From NCBI GenBank assembly GCA_965113315.1, contig OZ220364.1: DNA of 64,000 bases; one strand, given 5' to 3'. The first letter of the stretch is position 1; each line of letters opens with the position of its first letter. Below the pieces are notes generated by a model, which ran no database searches, had not been told where the DNA came from, and saw only the letters and a list, made by a program, of their open reading frames with translations. This document shows, piece by piece, positions 51,046 to 64,000 of the stretch. The stretch comes from Podarcis vaucheri (Eukaryota). A program made the translations under genes and the position numbers.

Positions 51046-53839
51046 ATAGCAGCAGGCAGTGTTCCTCAATAGGACTGGCATTTCTCTAGCTAGAATCAAT
51101 ATTGTGAATGCGCTGCTCACGAGATCAGTCAAGTGTGCCTAACTTGGGCAGCTATCCACAAACTCAAATAAAGCTTGCAAATATATAAGTACATACAACC
51201 AAGCCAAATAGGAAAGCCATGAGCAATCAGATGAGGCACCCCACCAAGGGATTTTGGAAATGGCTTCAGTGCATCAAGTGCACGTTAGTATAGTTACAAA
51301 TGTCTCATACTCAAGAAATCAGGTAGCTTTGTACCAACTAAAGCAGGCAAAAGTATAATATCCAAAGAAATTAAATAATATAGCTGTTAGCCAGGCACAG
51401 CTGGAATGCATGTTGCTGGGTTCATTTGAGGATAATGGTAGAAATATGAACAAAGTCAATTGATTTTTGTCTCCCATGTGTTCTGAGTTGCAGGAGGGTA
51501 CTTTTACAGGAAAGCAAAAGCTGTAACTTGAGTTATAACAAAGCAGCACCTTTGTTCAGTGTCTAGCTGCTGGGGTACAAAATGATTCGCTGAAAAAGTG
51601 GCAGCAAATGTTTATAGTAGAGCAGCGCATACCATTATCAGTGTATGATGTCAATTTAAATTTTACTGGAACAGAAACCTTTTGACCCCTTCCAAACTGG
51701 TTCCATTACTTGGTTTATATGCGAAAGCTTAGAAGGGAATTAAATTAGGAGGAACATTGCAGGAGAAGTGTATTTGCATCTATGGCACTTAAGACTGGAG
51801 ATTAGTTGACCTCTGGAAAGGGGGATTAAAGTAGTTTCGCCATCGAGAAAAGACAATCTGTGTTCTTAAGGCAATCAAATTGGGAGGGTAAGAACCTCTG
51901 AAAGATGAATTGAAAGCAGAAAGGGTCCATAAGAAAGAATCCATGTTCATTTGCATGGCTTACATATCACACATGAATTATGCTTCAACCTCAGCTGCAT
52001 TAGGAATATTTTACAGCATTTGAATCATTTCACAAACCCTTTAAGCACCGATATGTAAATTTGAAATCTGTGTCCATTTTTACAATCTAATTTTACAATA
52101 GATTAACCTCCAAAGGGGTATCAGTAGATAGTGAAGATGCTTGCTATATACAGTGGGCATGATTGCCACAGCAGAATACACTCAAAGAAGTCTCATCTCT
52201 CCCAAGATAAATGTCAAGTACAATAATCACCAAATCATGGTCCAGTAAAAGTGGCTACCCTGATATAACCCATATCTAAATAACAACTATAGCCCATATG
52301 AAAAGATCTTTTAATGTTCTACATAAATGAGGCTTATAATAGGGAAACCTTCGTTTCAATTTCTATATAAAGCAGTGTATATCGTGCAAGCAGAACCACT
52401 GCACTGGTTCCTTTGCAGATTGAATACCTAGTCAGAACAATTACTGAACTGTACGTATTTAATTTTATCAGCAATGGAGCAACCGAGAGGAAATTTCCCC
52501 ACATGGCAAGTTTCTGTTAGCCAAATTGTCTATGCAATTCTTTTGAAGATGGCCCTGCAATATTTTGCATGCACAGCATATTTTCTTATTATTTATTTAC
52601 TTGAATGATTGATTGATTGATTGATTGACTGAGTGACTGATATACCGCCTTTCAACACAAGAACTGGTTCACAAGATAAAAATGCAAAGTAACACAGTGG
52701 TGGCAGTGCAGAATTGGCCTCTGCAATAAAATTTCCTCCTCTGAATATTTATTAATAAATTAGAATGCCCCACCCCTAAATATATATACTGTAGTAGACT
52801 ATGGTTTAACACTTATGAGTTTTGTGGAAGATATGGGCTGACATCCAGTTCCCACAAGACATTTTGGCCTGTTTTCTTAATTTCAATAAACATATGCATT
52901 ACCTGACACCCCTGAGTAGCAGTATTTATGACTGAAACATGTACTTGGTCCTTTTGCCCTCAGTGCTTCTGAACTCCCCCCCCCCCGGGGCCACATATTA
53001 GAGGACCTGCAATAGCTTTTTACTGTTGGCTTATGAATGCAGCTAAATTTGATTTAACACCCATGTGCAGAATGGGAACTGGGAACTAAAGAATCAAGTC
53101 TTTCTAAATAAGTGGAACGCTGCACTCTCTTTCTGTTATAACCTCAACTAGATTTGAGATGGCACCTCATATAGCAAAATGATTGTATAGGACATACTTG
53201 TCTCCTCATGGGTATTTAAGGAAAATATGCTTTCCTCCTCCAACTGCTGACAATCCAATAACACAGAAGGCTTCTACACGATAGCCTGCTGTTCTGTTGT
53301 CTTTCAGTTCCGGGCAGAGGCCACAGTTCACATCAACTTGGTCCTGGAGACAGAACTAAAGTTCACAGACCAAGTAGCATCGATGGGGTGTTTCCCTATT
53401 GTGTGGGCACTTATTCCAGGAGAGCGGAAATGGGATTAGTCATGCCCTTCTTGTCCCCGTACATATAATTTTGAAACACTGGGGAAGTGAACACAGTCCA
53501 GCAGTGGGCAGAAGGAATATCCTTGCTCACCATACATGGACTAGCTGTGTTATGTATTACTGATTACAAAAATTACCGAGTTTTATGGCAAGCTGATGCT
53601 GAGCTCTGTCCCTAGCTAAGTGTAAAGGTGTTTTATATCCCTGCTGCAAACTGAAAAAGAGTAAAAGGAGCTGACCCACTCCTCTCTTTCCCTCCCCCTG
53701 CCCTACGCATCAGGCCTTTTTCCATGGATGGTTCCATTCCAGTTTTATTTCAGTTTGACCTTATGTTGTTATCATTGTGTTTTTCGTACGGACACAAACC
53801 AACCCTACCAATCAATAAATTAAAAATTATAATGATGAA

Positions 53840-54025
53840 TGACTGCGAATTAAGCCCTCTTCAAACATTATATTGCTATTTAGTTTTGTTCTGTTATCTA
53901 TTATCGATCTCATGTATGGTCTGTATATGAAAATGAAATGTTCTTGTTTTAAATTGTTATATACCACTTCGATAAATTTTGTGAAATGCGGCATAGAAAT
54001 GTTTTCTGAAATAAATAAAATAAAT
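53840..54025 (+). mobile_element. L2-type 3' UTR/tail
   Basis: T-rich stretch, then TACCACTTCGA…GAAATGCGGCATAGAAAT and (AAAT)n tail. Confidence 0.5.
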
Positions 54026-54329
54026 TAGGTAAGCAAGCATATGAGGAGGCCCATGTGGACAAGCACTCTGGCTCTGCCTCCCCCCCACATTGCCCTTCCA
54101 TTTTTTCCCTAGGATGTACAGCAATCGTCCTTGAGAACAAGAAGCCCTCTGGTCAGAATATCACAGCCCAGCTCTTGGAAGGAGATCAGGAAGGCGATGG
54201 GAGAGGGAGGCAAAGCGATCATGCTTGTCTGCAAGGACTGCTGCTCACGTTTGCTTAACGCAGCAGTATAACGTCTGAAGAGGGCTAAAACCTCTCAGTC
54301 CCATTTTTGTGCAATTGTTTGTTAGTTTG

Positions 54330-54720
54330 TTTATTTATTATTTTGATTAATACATTTTTATCCTGTCCTCCTTGTCAGGGCAGCAAGCAACCAAAGAGCA
54401 AAGCGATACAACTTTTTTAAACATTCAAAAATCCTCACAGCTAATTAATTTCAAGGTTGCCAGCAGCAGCATACTTCAGCTGTCAAATCTCTGAATGAAC
54501 AAGATTGTTTTTAAATTCCACCTGAATGTTAATAATGAGGGAGATGGAGGAACCTCACCAGGGAGGGCATTCCATAAAAGGGGAAACTCTATCGAGAAGT
54601 TCCTGTCACAGGTGAGTGTCATCTGGGCAACAACCAGAGACAGTACCTCAGCTAGGTCCCTCCTGCTCTTCCTTCTTTGAAGGCTGTTTAAATTTAAATG
54701 GGAGCAGCCCTTCAAACAAA
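54330..54720 (-). mobile_element. L2 LINE 3' end (ORF2 C-terminus remnant)
   Basis: Minus-strand translation …DRNFSIEFPLLWNALPGEVPPSPSLLTFRWNLKTILF resembles the L2 ORF2 C-terminal motif (RAFSxxAPxLWNxLP…SLxxFRxxLKTxLF), followed by an AT-rich tail. Confidence 0.8.
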
Positions 54721-55742
54721 GGACAGCTTTACATAGACGACTGTGCTCTGTAAAGTAGGACAAATGACCATTCCATGATTCCACCACCCCAGCCACACTT
54801 GTATCACTGCACTATTCCCACACTGGCAAATTATATTTCACTCCCAAAACACATGGAACACCAAAAGGCTTGTGATAGAGTATAGTTGGGGAGAAAGACA
54901 CCATGACAAATATATCCTGAGAATTATTTCCCAGCACAGAACTATTTTTAGGAACCTGTGGTTGTGGTTAAGCAATTCTGAGGGAAGGGTATTTATATTC
55001 TAAATAGGCATTTTAGGCCATCTTACAAAACACACTGTTATGCTTTCACAAATTCTCCCTAGATGCTGATGAAAGTAACTTTTTAGGCACACAGGTTGAC
55101 TCTGTATGCCTAAAAATCATTCCATGGTACTTCAAGACTGGCAAGGAATGAACCGGCATCACCCCTAGGAAACGAAAGGTTGAGAGAGCATCTGTTAAGT
55201 GTATTTTTGCTCTTGAATTGCCCAATGGTTACTGCTCTGGCACCTGAGGGAGCAGGCAAGCCAAGAAGCATTTAGAGCATTAAATGAAACATGTATACTA
55301 TAAAGAGAGACGTAACACTCCAACAAAAAGAGATGGGGGATTTTTTCTTAAAATAATACTACATCATTTAAAATGAGTAGGGGAAATGATGATCCGTTGC
55401 TTATTAGCCTTCGCCTTGACTCAGCTAACCTTGATGTATTCACTTCGACAGATTTCGTCAACCTTTTCACTAAAGTCCTTCAGATGAACCCCTTCACACA
55501 TTTAAATCACAAATAAGGGGGATCCAGTCCATATCAGTGAAACTCACCAACCGCCTCAATACACCCATTGGGCCACACCTTCAGTGACCTTCTCACAGTT
55601 ACTCCAAGTGACTCCATTAAATAGCAATATACCTACATAGTGATATACATGACCCAACATTCCGCTTTGCTTGGAAGAACATCAGTATGTGTATTGTGCT
55701 CCTTCTTCTGGTCACTGAACATACAAAATTTCAGAGCTTGTA

Positions 55743-55871
55743 CATGAGCATAGCCAGGATTTTTGTTGGGGGGCAGGCTTTTTTTGGTGGGGGGCAGAAC
55801 CCCAGTTAGTTAAGTATTTTTATTTATTTTTATGTATTAAGGGGGCAACTGCCACCCCTGCTACACCCATG
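55743..55871 (-). mobile_element. hAT-type MITE, same family as 5977-6131
   Basis: CATGAGCATAGC…GCTACACCCATG, TSD AGCTTGTA/GGCTTGTA (7/8), internal sequence resembles the reverse complement of 5977-6131. Confidence 0.8.
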
Positions 55872-56572
55872 GGCTTGTAAGTGGCAACACTGGGCAACAC
55901 AGCCCCAAAGCTGCCTAACATTTTTTTAAAAAAGCATAAGGAGGTTCATCAGATTCCCTCTTTTGAAACCAATTATTATGGGTAAAATTCAGTTTTGAAG
56001 CCAGTCCTCATTGTGCTTCAATAGTCTAAACAGAAATGGTTAAACTGAGAAAAATACCAAAGCTTATTTTTTAAAATAAATCTAGCAATTGATTCACAAA
56101 TGTGAAGGTTACAATCATGTTGTGCTTTCTTTCTTATTATCTAACAGTGGGCAAAAATTACCACATTCTACCACCTTAGATCTTCAGTGAGAAGTTTCAC
56201 TTTGGCCCCAGTGATAAAGTTAGAAACACACACACACAGATTTTCCATCTTTGAAAAGGCAATATTAATGACAATAAGGCTGTCAAGGGCTAAACAGTGG
56301 GTTGTGGGTTCTGCTGCTCACCTGCCTTCTAGATAGTCACATCACTGCTGCTTACCAGAAGAGAGACGGGAAAGAGAGAGGCAGAGAGGATGGCTGGCAT
56401 GGTGCAAACGCCCCAGCAGAAGTACAGGATTGGCTCAGCCAATGCGTTTGCACAGCACCAATTTTTCTGCTGCCTCCCCTCTCCTCCTCTACCTCTCAAT
56501 AAGCAACTGTGATATCACAAAGAAGCAACGGCCAGGTGAGTGGTGCCACCCATCACACCATCCACTACTGAA

Positions 56573-56781
56573 TGGCTGCTAGGAATGATGGCTATATAAT
56601 ACCACCCCCATAACCAGAGGTAGACTATTAGTTCCTGGGAAATGACTGTGGGAGAGAGCTATTGCTGTCATGTTCTGGTTGTGGGCTTCCCATAGACAAC
56701 TTGTCTATGGCCACTGTGGAAAGCAAGATACAGGACTAGATAAGCCTCTGGTCTGATCCAGCAGGGGCCTTCTTATGTTCA
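56573..56781 (+). mobile_element. CR1 3' end fragment
   Basis: GGCCACTGTG…GGACTAGATAAGCC…GGTCTGATCCAGCAGGGGCCTTCTTATGTTC. Confidence 0.75.
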
Positions 56782-56909
56782 TAAGTGGGGACCCACAGTG
56801 TAGGCCCAGGATAGCCAAAGGACCACCCTTTCCCATATGAACCTGGCCACTTATAAAAACAATTGTCAGAAATCTCTTTTATGTTCCAACTCTCTCTGAG
56901 GTTTATTCG

Positions 56910-57270
56910 ATTGGAACCAGGGAAAGAGCCTCCTCAGGAGTTACGCCTATAATTTTGAAATACATCCTGAATAGAATTCGCTTTGTTCATTGGTAAAGAC
57001 CTATTTTCTTTTTAAGAAGATCCTTTGGCCTATAACACCTTGCTCTGTCCCCCGCCCCTCAAAGCTAGTAATCTTTATTGAAATTGTTTGATGTTGCGGT
57101 TATTATGGGCTAATTGATCTTGATATTATTAGTTATGTGCTGCTATTTTTATGGAAACGGCTTGTCTTGCTGTTTCATGCCATCTATTTATAAAAATCTT
57201 TTTTGTTCTTTTATTATCGATGTCCTCAGTTGCACTGGACCACCTTTTTAAAGAAGTCATGAGATAAAGC
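56910..57270 (+). mobile_element. Degenerate L2 3' end
   Basis: GGAACCAGGGAAAGAGCC (GTRERA) followed by …TAAAGACCTATTTTC and a T-rich 3' UTR-like stretch. Confidence 0.5.
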
Positions 57271-57534
57271 ACATTCTTGGTGAATGGAGAGGCAGGAAGA
57301 TGTCAATGGCTCTCATATTATCCGACAGTTAACATCACTGGAGAAACGCTATCAGAATTGCATGACCAGCATAATTCCAGAAACAGCAAATGTAAGCCTA
57401 CTTTCTCTACCTGCCAGATGGTCTCCCTTTCTCCAGCAAGCATTCTGAATGCTCGAAGATTTTTGGTGACTAAAGCTAGCACACATGCACCAGTAATAGG
57501 GTGATTTAGAATGTGGTTTGTTGGGTGTTTTTTA

Positions 57535-57536
<2 letters not shown>

Positions 57537-57574
<38 letters not shown>
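57537..57574. repeat. (GT)19 microsatellite
   Basis: Direct reading. Confidence 0.95.
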
Positions 57575-57578
<4 letters not shown>

Positions 57579-59061
57579 AATGCTAGGGAGCCACACTGTT
57601 GACTCCTAATTAGCCTTCTTGGTTCTCTGCATGGATGGCTGAGTTCTCTAATATGGTGGAGACAACTGCAAATATTATACACTGCAAAAAGAAGTTAACC
57701 CTGTTTCAATCAGGAGAGAGGGGTATTGTGAAATTACCCAGTAAGGGAACAATAGTTGCATTTCTGTTAATAAACATCTTACGGCAGCCCCTGACCTCAT
57801 GTGATCTTTTCCTGGTGATACCTAAGCTCATTGTGATATGTCCTGACTGCCAAGAACACTTCCCCCTTAAGTATTTAGTTGTGAGCACCCACCAAGTCTT
57901 AGGGTTGCAGACTCATTGAAAATAATCGACCTAAGTTACTGTCATTAATTTCAATGAGTCTACTCTAAGCTGACTTACAACCCTTTGCACTGTGTTGAAT
58001 TTCAACCTAAGGATATGCATATATGTAACAAGACCCACTTGAGCGAAGGGACCTTCTCTTCCCTTGTCTGCTAAACCTGTTCTCGGTGTTCTCCCAACCC
58101 TCCAGTGCAGACTAAGGGGCCACAAGGAACAGGAGAGGAGTGAAAGGCCTGTTGCACTAGTGGACCTCAATCCTCAATTGAGTCCTACCCTGAGTTTGTG
58201 TGAAATATGGCTGCTCAGTAGCATGCTAAATAAACTGTATAATTTTACAGATAAACTGATAACAAATCTTTATACAGTGTATCAATACTCTGGATGCCAA
58301 TATTGATCTCTCCTTATATGCATATACTAAACACTTCTCTCAATATAGCAGGCTGTACTAGCGAAGTTATTTACTAGATTGAGTTTGTAGTAGGTGGGCA
58401 CTAAACACCTCATTAGAACTACTAATAAGAGAATGTCAGCTGAAGATGATCGTGTTGGGAGAACAGACCACTGCAGTTGTGTACAACAGATCACCAAAGG
58501 TTCAAAACGATCAATCTGCAAGTAGCTAACAATGACACAAGCACTATAAGAACATTTGACCTGCTGAGCTTGGTAACAACTTCTGTTACAGCAGCAGCAG
58601 CAGGAGGAGGAGCTTTCTAACAGCTTATCGGACTTTTTGTTGACCATGTTGATATCTTATTGGCCCTGGTGGTACCTTTCCTGATCTGCCATATATTTTT
58701 TAGCTGACCTTCTTCTATCATGGTGCTTTTGTATAGCCCCCCAAGCATTCTGGAGAGATTTTTACCCTCTTGACTTTCAACATCCTTTTTACCATTCCCC
58801 TCATTTTTTTAAGCTTCTTGTTTTGAGGTCAAATGTGACTCTGACTTGCTTGGCAACTGTCCAGTTACATATGTGTTGAGCTTGGCAGCACTGTGGCAGC
58901 TATTCCTAATCGGTTCAACAACACTTACATCTTGCACCAGGTCTTGAGATCACCCAAGATTAAAGTCCAGAGGTGCCTTCTGTCTTGTTGTTTTCATGAC
59001 TAACTGTTCTAGGGCAGTCTTTAACAGTTTCTTTTTTCTGTCTGAAACACACATGGACCCA

Positions 59062-59215
59062 GGTTGCGTACAGATTATACATTTAAGGCCATTTTCCCTT
59101 CACTAAAGAATTATGGGAATTGTAGTTAGGGTGCTGGGGATTGTAGCTCTGTGAGAAGCAAATGACAATTTCTTTGGGGAGAGGCGTGCTTTAAACGTAC
59201 GGTGTGTACATAGTC
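59062..59215. mobile_element. Palindromic MITE, same family as 41067-41248
   Basis: TACATTTAAGG…GGGAATTGTAGTT…GTGCTTTAAACGTACGGTGTGTACA. Confidence 0.7.
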
Positions 59216-59636
59216 ACAGTCTATGTGAGAGTACCTGAAGCCACCCCTTATTACAATATTTCCCACTTTAGACGCAACCTTAATTTCATTCTCCACATCT
59301 AGGCATTCTGGTTAGTTCTTTCACCCACAGCAATGTTGTGGATGAGTCTGTTCCAGCTTGTCAAACTATATGTCCGTTTTTGCATTTGAACTGTGGGCTG
59401 TGACTTAAAGAGCATGGCCTAATGCCTCCTAGCAGATGAAAGATCTAAAATGGGGATTTCCTGATTCATAACTCTGTCTCTTGGTGATGGTATACTTGCT
59501 ACCAGCACTTGCATACTGTAAAAGGAAATGGTTTCTCTGTGTACAGTAGTAGGATAATTCAGTCATGTGAGCTCCAGACACAGACGTAGTGAGAACAGTT
59601 GGTTGAGTCATAGAATCAACCAACTGCTGATCTTGT

Positions 59637-59775
59637 AGGCCATACATTCAAATCACATTTCAATTACGCCCACCCAAAGAATCCTGGTAACTGTAGCTTG
59701 TTAAGGATGCTGGGAATTGTAGCTTGCAGAATTCTTTGCAGAAAGCCGTGTGCATCAAACGTGCTTTAAATGCCA
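59637..59775. mobile_element. Palindromic MITE, same family as 41067-41248
   Basis: CATACATTCAAATCAC…AAGAATCCTGGTAACTGTAG…GTGCTTTAAATG. Confidence 0.65.
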
Positions 59776-61883
59776 CATGCAGTGAATTATTTTGTCGGAA
59801 TGTCTGCATGAAAGTTTACTAATAAATAAACAATCAGTAAGCTACCTGTTTGTATTTCCTCAGCTTGAGTTGGACCAATGTGTTTAGTTTTAGTTAAATG
59901 CAAGTGTCATTTGGTTTGGCATTTGTCAATAAATTATGTGGTTTGTTGTTGTTGTTTTTCAAATGTTCATGCAGAGCCAAGCAGACAACAAAGATTTATC
60001 ACATATGTAAAATAAAAGAATCTTGGTGTACATAGATGGTAAACTTCCTACAGGATAAATACTCGGTACCTGAATTTAAGCCCCTGTCTATTATTTCAGT
60101 GAACATCTGTTAGAACAAAACTTCAGATAAAGATTTACATAAACAAAACATTCATTTGGACAAAGAGATTATTTTGTTTAGAATGCAGTGCAGCCCTTAA
60201 AGAACTTCATCTTTCTTCTTCCTGTTGTCTACTCATAGGTTTAAAAGAGGGAGAAGCAGAGGGAAGGAGGAATCACCATTCAGTAGTGGCAAAACTTTAG
60301 AAAAAAATAAATTAGTTGTTTGCTGAACCATTTAGTAGCTGGGAGTGGATTGCTCCACTACATTTGAGATGCTGTTATCAGTTTTATGACACACTGTTAA
60401 AAACAAAATACAGGATTTCTTTAAAGGAGTTATCTTTAAGGAAAAAGGAAAAGCTAGAGGTCCTTGATAGTTAAGGCATTGTGTGCAGTAATGAAAATAA
60501 TATGATAACCTTATGTCATCTGGCTCTCTAATTGAAGAAAGATGTTAAAAAAACAACGGTAGGAATAAGGTGAAAAGCATTTAAGGTCTTTCATTTTCCT
60601 TAATAGGGAAATATTTCATCCCTTGCTTTGGGGTAGAGATAATTTTTAAAAAAATAAAATAAAATCAAGATTTAATATACATATAAATCTGTCAAACAGC
60701 AATAATAAGCCAGCAGGATTCAATTGGCTTGCTTTTCAAAAGGTCTTAAGGAATATTTGAAATGTATATATGGTTGGCTGCATCCAAGTGAACTTTCTCA
60801 GCACATAACTTTTGCCTGAGACAGAATGCTGCTTTATGAAGGCAAAGCTTAAATATTAATGTGTGTTTTGTTAAGGAAGTGGAAGGCAAATCAACTTCCT
60901 GGTACCCAGAGTATCTGATTTCTAAAATGGTCAGACACTGATTGTCACAGCTTCACCAGATGTGGGAGTGAAGCTCTTGAACGGATGCCCACGTTGGAGG
61001 CCGACCGCTGTGACAGCCGCAGAGCTTGCTGGGCTGCATCCTCTGATAGTATATTTTTGTTAGCTAGCTGCCCGGAAGCCCTCAACTGCTTGATTTGTTT
61101 TGTGATCCTGCAAGGAGCTTCCTGGGCCTGATGACAGCACAGAATGCAAGAGCTTATTTGCTTTGGGGAGCCTGAGAGAAGCAAATTCTTTCTTATTGCA
61201 TGCACTCCTTTGTCAGAGCAGCATAAAGTAAGCACAAAGCCTATTTTAAGTAACATTGGATATTGCTTCGCATACAGGGGAGGGAATGCCTGTTGCTACT
61301 AATCCTCTCTGGTGTTTTCTTTTTTTATTCTATTGCTGTGTTTGCTTACTGACATTTTTAATACAAGACAACACTGGAGCATTTCCTCACATTCAGAGCA
61401 AATGCCACAACATTTTCTTTGTAAAGAAATATCTGACCTTGCAGAGGAAGACCAGAGTCTTTGTCTTATTTACACAATGTAGACCTTAAGACATTTTGCA
61501 CCTGATCTGGTAGCCTTTTCCCTGACTAATCTCATACGATCCGTGCATGTTAAAACCTGGCTGATCTTCCTTGCCCAATCTTGATTCTCACATTCACACT
61601 ACATTCCCCCCTGCTTTTAAGCTTAGCTGCTTCTCTTTGCTCTATAGGAGATTCTAGGGTTGCCAACTCATGAAACAAAACAAAAAAAATTCTGGCAGCT
61701 GGATAGGGTCCAGAGATGTCCACATCTTGTGTGTTGCAAGATTCAATCTGGAAACTTGACACCATAGTCCAAATAAGTAAAGAGTTGGTGTTGTGTTTTT
61801 GTACCCAACTAAGTCCTATTCAGAGTAGGCTAATTGTAATGGCTTAGTATGGCATAATTTGGTACAACAAGTTGATTTCAATC

Positions 61884-62050
61884 AGGGGAATCTAGGTTGA
61901 AATCCTTCCTCTGCCAGAGACTCACCGTGTAGCCTTGGGTAAATCAATTTGTCTTGTCTTCAGTTTCCATGTATAAATTCTTACCCACAATTTTCATCTA
62001 CAAAGTGGAAATAAGGGTGGTGGTGGTGTTTTTGTAAAGACTTGAATAAG
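61884..62050 (+). mobile_element. CORE-SINE (MIR/Ther1-like) remnant
   Basis: GGTTGAAATCC B-box-like, CTCTGCCA…GCCTTGGGTAAATCA…TCAGTTTCC CORE-like motif. Confidence 0.6.
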
Positions 62051-62094
62051 AATCTCAAAGAACTTTAGGTAACATTCAATTCTAGTGCCTCGCT

Positions 62095-62270
62095 AGCACA
62101 ACCAACTTCTGCTTATCCAAATGGGCTTCCCCTTCATGTCCTCTTCCAGCAGCCTCCCATGCATATCCAAAATCTGCTCCGGAGGATTGGGGTACCCTCC
62201 AGAGCAGATCTGGGGCATAAGGAGCTGCGGGGGGGGGGAGAGAAAAAGGGGGAATCCTGTCATATTTGCT
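62095..62270. repeat. Interspersed hairpin repeat (AATCTGCTCCGGAGG…CCTCCAGAGCAGAT core)
   Basis: Inverted core. Related degenerate copies near 15805-16030, 42410-42590 and 48130-48260. Confidence 0.6.
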
Positions 62271-63525
62271 AGCATGATACTGGAACTTACCCGTTGCCAG
62301 TGTGCTACACTACCAGCAGCACTGCAAACAAAAACAGGAGATGAAAATGCCCCTAACCAGCACATCTATTGTGGTTTAGTAAACATGCTACCTTTTAAAA
62401 GATGCTTAATTAACTGTCCTTCCAAAGTCCCCCAGCTGCCAGTTCTGAAGTACATGTTGTAACTTTATGCTCAGACATGTACAGCAATGTTCCCAAAACT
62501 TGTCCAAAACAAACAGCTGCCAACAGTAAGTTTGTGTCGTGTGTGTTTTCTGTGTTTATTCACTGCTGCTACTATGAACTTACTTAGCACCAGAAGCATA
62601 ATGGTCACTGTAAAAACACAAAGAAGCTATTGCCACAGAGATTATGAAGATGTTTCATGTTGTTCACCATCTTTGACATTGGCATGGAAGGGCAGGAGAG
62701 ATTGGAATAGAATAGAGGACTGTTCAGAGGATGTTAGGATGACAAAACAGCTGGAGAGGTCAGAGATGAAGAGGAGTGAGGAAAACACGTAAAAGCATTT
62801 TTTTAAAACTAAAAACAAATCTGTGTCTTTTATTTCACCATATTAAGAAACACAGAATTTATGGAACCATTATTATTATCATTAAAAACAAAAATACTCA
62901 GGGCTTTGGTTGATGCTTTTAAACCACCCAAACAGTGTCATGCAGAAATCTATATTTGCATGTACTGCTATACTACAAATCTTTGTAGCTGGTATGACTA
63001 GTTCTTATTCTAATAATACTTTTCCCCTTATGACATGGGGTTGGGACTTCTTCTGTATCTGCCAAGATCTTTGGGAAAATTGTATCTGGTGGCTTTGATT
63101 GTTATAAATAGAAAAGAATAAACATAGTGGAAGGAGGAGCATTTATATCTATGGCATTTATGCATGACAGTTTTGAAAACAAAAATAATCATTGAGGGAC
63201 TTGGTCACACAGTTTGCTGAGTGGTCCAGTCTTAAAAGTAAGTACACACAAAACTTCAAGTATTGTGGGTCCAAAAATTACTTTGAATTCAGAACGGGAC
63301 TAATTAAAAAGCAAGAAGACAGAAATATCAAAAGCTTAAAATATAATGGAAAATGAACTCAACTTTCAAAATCTTTGTTAGAAGCATCACAGAATTCCAC
63401 ATTTTGTGACCAGAGTACTCTAGAATTTGAATTCTGTGGCTGCAGCTAACATAGAAAGATGTATGTTTAATTTTTAATACTGCTGTTTTAAAAGTTTTAA
63501 AGTTTAAAGTTACTATTACAATTTT

Positions 63526-63528
<3 letters not shown>

Positions 63529-63567
<39 letters not shown>
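63529..63567. repeat. (TG)n microsatellite
   Basis: Direct reading. Confidence 0.95.
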
Positions 63568-63571
<4 letters not shown>

Positions 63572-64000
63572 GGAGGGAGGGAGGGAGACATGGGAGACTA
63601 AATTGAAGTCTGGGAAAGCAACTGGAGCATCTGCTGAGGTAGCTGTCAAAAACCTGCTGAAGCCAATCCAAGCTCAAGAATTTTTGCTTGCTGATGGTGG
63701 GTGTGGCAGGCCAGGTCAGCAGAGTCGCCCCATGAACTGAGTGAATCCCAGAATTCCATGATAAGGAACACTGTCGGTTGCATGAGAAGCCAGGAGGCAC
63801 AAGACCACAAACTGGTGCATGCTTACAGCCTGACTAGCTCCCTATGCGAACTGAGAATATGTTCCTGAATCCTCTAGATCAACATGGTGCTTTTTTCACC
63901 AATGCAAGGTGATTCCAAGCAAGATATACATATAAACTGGGATTGCATCTACCCAGGGGACATATGGTATAATACAGGAAAATCCCAGTCAACTGGTATA

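Noticed and set aside
55080-55116. 15-bp-arm hairpin TTTTTAGGCACACAG…CTGTATGCCTAAAAA
   Set aside because: Too short to interpret. Probably a MITE relic.

Overview
Eukaryotic, AT-rich, repeat-rich, essentially non-coding vertebrate DNA. The repeats point to a squamate, most likely a lacertid lizard (full-length Sauria/Squam1 SINE with a 13-bp TSD, CR1 and L2 3' ends, many hAT and Tigger-like MITEs, CORE-SINE remnants). No long coding exon is recognisable and none of the supplied ORFs looks like a real gene. The window looks like large introns of a minus-strand gene, or a gene desert, with several enhancer-like unique blocks. The outstanding structure is at 29461-30301: a Penelope-like retroelement end arranged as A-A'-A. 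It has a perfect 288-bp inverted repeat overlapping a 104-bp inverted repeat, sits in (AT)n, and carries three minimal hammerhead-ribozyme motifs. Also notable are a cluster of candidate minus-strand microexons (21.7-22.3 kb and 36.95 kb), PBX-HOX plus MEIS motif pairs, an old ~170-bp hairpin and a tRNA-Asn-derived SINE. There are three N gaps. I could not identify the host gene. All family names come from recalled consensus sequences, not from a database search.
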